From Nostoc sp. DedSLP01 (GTDB lineage: Bacteria; Cyanobacteriota; Cyanobacteriia; Cyanobacteriales; Nostocaceae), in assembly GCA_034530875.2 (NCBI GenBank), contig JAVRCJ020000010.1, positions 1-64,000 on the forward strand: DNA of 64,000 nt, written 5' to 3'. The position numbers were made by a program, and so were the translations under genes. Positions 58,935-64,000 of this stretch are shown here, in pieces (positions within the stretch are counted from its first letter, which is position 1; each line of letters begins with the position of its first letter). The notes below the pieces were generated by a model. It did not search any database and had not been told where the DNA came from. It saw only the letters and a list, made by a program, of their open reading frames with translations.

Positions 58935-60017
58935 CTAGGTTTGTTGGCGTATCCTTTGCCAGACAGTAAAGCCTAAAAGAATAATAATGCTAACAGCGGT
59001 AGCCAACATCACAGCCAAAGTCATACCTTGTATTCTCATTGCCAACAAATTGCAAACTAAGGTAATTCCCCACAATGTAAACGCTGCATGGCGCTGGGAA
59101 AGTCCCCAAGCCAGCAAGCGGTGATGTAGGTGGTCTTTGCCAGGAGTACTTAGAGGATTATTTCCTGCTAAGAGCCGCCGCACAAATACTTGAGTAGTAT
59201 CTAACACCGGCAATAACAAAAATAAAACTGTGGGTATCAGGGCATAGACTGTGTTTTGTTGCAGTTTGCCTAAAATACTAGTTGCTGCCAGCACATAGCC
59301 AAAAAAGTATGCTCCAGCATCGCCCATAATAATCCTTGACGGATGGAAGTTATGGCGCAAAAAGCCAAGCGCCGCGCCCCCCAAGGCTGCCAATACCAAT
59401 ATTGCTGCTGCACGATTGTTAAATTGGGCTGCAACCGCTAACAAACTCATGGCGGTAATAAAGCTAATTCCTCCCGCCAAACCATCCATACCATCCATCA
59501 AGTTAATGGCGTTGGTAATCCCTACTACCCATAGTACCGTCAGGCACATAGACAAAAGGGAGTCGATGGGAGTGCCAAACAAAACTCTAACACTGATGCC
59601 GTTAGCTACCAGTAAGAGCGCTGTGACAATTTGCGCCCATAAACGAACAGAGGGCGGTAAGCCGAACTGATCGTCAATAAAGCCCACAAGGACTAATATT
59701 GAACCTCCCAAGAGAATAGTCAGCACCTGAGCCAATACATTTTGCAGTTCGATGGGTCGTAAAAGACTGGCTAATACCAGCGCGGCAATTACGCCTGCGT
59801 AGATAGCTAGACCCCCTGCATTCGGTAAAGGTTCTCGATTGAGCCGTCGTGCGTTTGGTTGGTCAGCCCAACCCACCCGCAAGGCGAATTTGCGTACTGT
59901 CGGAATTAAACGCCAGGTTACAACCCAAGCTAAGAGGAACGTAAACACTACTGCCAACCAGCCGCTGCCGCTAGGTTCGGCAATACCAAGGAACTTAAGG
60001 GAGTTGTATAGGTTCAT
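58935..60017 (-). CDS. MraY/WecA family undecaprenyl-phosphate GlcNAc-1-P transferase
   Basis: GFIDD, NAINLMDGMDGLA, MGDAG, HLHH; multiple TM helices. Confidence 0.9.
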   Translation of the reverse strand: MNLYNSLKFLGIAEPSGSGWLAVVFTFLLAWVVTWRLIPTVRKFALRVGWADQPNARRLNREPLPNAGGLAIYAGVIAALVLASLLRPIELQNVLAQVLTILLGGSILVLVGFIDDQFGLPPSVRLWAQIVTALLLVANGISVRVLFGTPIDSLLSMCLTVLWVVGITNAINLMDGMDGLAGGISFITAMSLLAVAAQFNNRAAAILVLAALGGAALGFLRHNFHPSRIIMGDAGAYFFGYVLAATSILGKLQQNTVYALIPTVLFLLLPVLDTTQVFVRRLLAGNNPLSTPGKDHLHHRLLAWGLSQRHAAFTLWGITLVCNLLAMRIQGMTLAVMLATAVSIIILLGFTVWQRIRQQT

Positions 60018-60117
60018 CTCCCAATTCAAGCATTAATGCCAGTATCTAGTATGAGCATCATCATCTGTATATTAATAAATTTTTTATTTCCATTTGTAAC
60101 TTGACTTGTGGGAGACA

Positions 60118-60144
60118 TTAGCACTCTTGGCCTGTGAGTGCTAA
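60118..60144. promoter_or_regulatory. CIRCE element (HrcA operator)
   Basis: Perfect TTAGCACTC-N9-GAGTGCTAA upstream of groEL. Confidence 0.97.
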
Positions 60145-60173
60145 ATTGTCTAATGGAAGCGCTTGAGAAATAA

Positions 60174-61820
<1,647 letters not shown>

Positions 61821-61910
61821 GCTGCGATCGCCTGCCTATGTAAGAATTCACAAGTACAGCCAGAAATATCTCTAGCTTTACTCCTGGATCTCAAGATAAA
61901 TATTTTTGCA

Positions 61911-61943
61911 GCAGTTTGTCTTGTCAAGGCAAACTGTTTTTTT
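61911..61943 (+). terminator. Intrinsic terminator after groEL
   Basis: CAGTTTGTCTTG-T-CAAGGCAAACTG followed by T-run. Confidence 0.75.
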
Positions 61944-62218
61944 ATACCATTGCTGATTTAGAAGCAATATGTTATTTCTATTGCTGATAACTTACTGAAT
62001 CTAAATAAACTCAATTATTCAAATTTTTATTAGTTAGTTGTAAATACTACTGACTACTAAAAAAATGTTGATGACCAAATAAGCCACGTAAATAACTGCG
62101 AAATTTAGAAATGACCCTCTTTCTATTAATTTTTGTAAAATAACGTGTATCTCATTAGCCCTTTCTCAAATGACTAATGACTAATGACTAATGACCAATG
62201 ACTATTAGGTAATATTTC

Positions 62219-63361
62219 ATGCCACCAAAACTGCGCCGCGCTATAAAAGTAGTAACTAAGGCATTTCAAGAAGAGTTCCATCACCAACCGGGAACTATAC
62301 CAGGAACAATTTTTATTGATGCGGACGCTCCACCGCCAATAATTTTCTTAATAGACTATAGCCAGACGAATGTTATTCGCGAACAAATAGCAACTCCAGA
62401 AGAATGTATTCCATATCTAGAGATGGAAACTGTTTCTTGGGTAGACGTACAAGGTTTAGGTTCTCAAGATATATTACAAAGATTGGGTCGAGTTTTTGAT
62501 TTACATCCTCTGGTTTTAGAAGATGTGGTCAACGTACCAGAACGTCCGAAAACAGAGGATTATGAAGACCAATTACTTTTTATTGCTCGCATGGTAGTAC
62601 CAAAGGAAACAACATGTGGTTTTTACAGCGAACAAGTAAGTTTAATTTTGGGGAAAAATTATTTGCTCACAGTCCAAGAAGAACCAGACCATGATTGCTT
62701 TGAACCAGTGCGATCGCGGATTGAAAAAGGCAAAGGGATCGTTCGGTCTCAAAGAGCCGATTATTTAGCTTATGCTTTATTAGATGCTATTATTGATGGT
62801 TATTTTCCAGTACTGGAACTTTATGGCGAAAAAATTGAAGAATTAGAAGAAGAAGTAATAGTTAAACCTACTCCGCAAACACTACAAAATATTTATCAAA
62901 TTAGGCGAGAATTACTACAACTACGTCGCGCTATCTGGCCGCAGCGAGATGCAATTAATTCCTTGATTCGAGATGGCAGCGATTTGATTAGTGAAGACGT
63001 GCGAATCTACCTGCGAGATTGTTACGACCATACCGTGCAAGTAATGGATATGGTAGAAACTTACCGAGAGCTAGCATCCGGATTAATGGATGTATATCTT
63101 TCAGCAGTGAGCAACAAAATGAATGAAATCATGAAATTTTTAACAGTGGTTTCGTCAATTTTTATTCCATTGACTTTTGTTGCTGGAATATATGGTATGA
63201 ATTTCAATACTGAGAAATCACCATATAATATGCCTGAATTGAATTCGTATTGGGGTTACCTAATATGTTGGGCGGTGATGGTGGCGATCGCAGCTGGTTT
63301 ACTATTGTTCTTTTGGCGACGAGGCTGGCTGCAAAACTCTGTCCCAACTAAACGGAGTTAA
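62219..63361 (+). CDS. corA: Magnesium/cobalt transporter CorA
   Basis: LHPLVLED, YGMNF signature, MPEL. Confidence 0.96.
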   Translation: MPPKLRRAIKVVTKAFQEEFHHQPGTIPGTIFIDADAPPPIIFLIDYSQTNVIREQIATPEECIPYLEMETVSWVDVQGLGSQDILQRLGRVFDLHPLVLEDVVNVPERPKTEDYEDQLLFIARMVVPKETTCGFYSEQVSLILGKNYLLTVQEEPDHDCFEPVRSRIEKGKGIVRSQRADYLAYALLDAIIDGYFPVLELYGEKIEELEEEVIVKPTPQTLQNIYQIRRELLQLRRAIWPQRDAINSLIRDGSDLISEDVRIYLRDCYDHTVQVMDMVETYRELASGLMDVYLSAVSNKMNEIMKFLTVVSSIFIPLTFVAGIYGMNFNTEKSPYNMPELNSYWGYLICWAVMVAIAAGLLLFFWRRGWLQNSVPTKRS

Positions 63362-63425
63362 ATATTCCAGGCGATCTATGAGTCTCATATACATTCATTA
63401 GTACCGGGAGTTAATATTTTTCAAT

Positions 63426-64000
63426 ATGAGGAGTAGCGACCAAAATTTAATAGTTTTGACTATTTATATTATTGGTGTCATCTATGTTTTTAACCGCATG
63501 GTTGAATCTATTGACGACCAAATTAAGTTTGAATTTAAAAAAGGAATTGTCGATGACCAACTAAGAGAACAAAATCTCGATGACAAAATAGGCATTTCCT
63601 TTAGATTAAAATCTTCATATCCCATTGACGAACTGAAAGATTTATCGATGAGTATCGAAAATAAATCTGAGAATATTGCTGTATACGTCGATTGGGATAA
63701 TACCTCCTTGGTAGTCGAACATAGCAAACAATCGCGCCGAGTAATTCGCAAATCACCAGACTTAACCCGCGACTTAGCTGTACCTCAAAGCCCCAGCTTG
63801 ATTGTTCCCAAGAAAACACTTTCTGAAACAGTGACAGCAGAAGATGTTTTACAACGCCAAGAAAATGGAACTTACTCAGCCCAAAAACCACTAATTGATA
63901 TTAACGGACTGCAAAAAGGGCAAAAAAAATTGTACAACGACTTTATTAATAGAAGAAAGGAGTTAGAATTTTCCCTACAATTAGTATTAAGAATATCTGA
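63426..64000 (+). CDS. Hypothetical membrane-anchored protein, partial (runs off window)
   Basis: Read manually: MRSSDQNLIVLTIYIIGVIYVFNRMVESIDDQ...YVDWDNTSL...; open to the window end. Confidence 0.8.
   Translation, partial: MRSSDQNLIVLTIYIIGVIYVFNRMVESIDDQIKFEFKKGIVDDQLREQNLDDKIGISFRLKSSYPIDELKDLSMSIENKSENIAVYVDWDNTSLVVEHSKQSRRVIRKSPDLTRDLAVPQSPSLIVPKKTLSETVTAEDVLQRQENGTYSAQKPLIDINGLQKGQKKLYNDFINRRKELEFSLQLVLRIS

Noticed and set aside
63482..63891. Minus-strand ORFs at the window end
   Set aside because: Shadow of a longer + strand ORF from 63426 that runs off the window

Overview
64-kb chromosomal segment of a filamentous cyanobacterium, most likely Nostocales (frequent HIP1 GCGATCGC octamers, heptameric STRR arrays, typical gene set). 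Housekeeping backbone: exbBD/tonB, recN, an ABC1 kinase, a clpC paralogue, gcvT-H-P, inrS-like repressor, lptC, metG, pepA, plsX-fabH-fabD, CIRCE-controlled groEL2 and corA. Accessory or conflict-type genes are interspersed. (i) A cytoplasmic subtilase translationally coupled to a NACHT protein whose N-terminus resembles the protease's own propeptide. (ii) A split STAND ATPase + APAF1-helical/WD40 pair with a second ATPase paralogue. (iii) A kinase-GUN4 gene ending in an adenine-free tract followed by stop codons in all three frames, which looks like a frame-tolerant hypervariable cassette. (iv) Three toxin-antitoxin loci, two apparently disarmed. Several MITEs and small repeats are present, some fused into coding sequences, and one gene appears to have its start codon converted into a HIP1 site. 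No rRNA, tRNA, CRISPR array or reverse transcriptase was recognised. All family assignments are from recalled motifs, not database searches.
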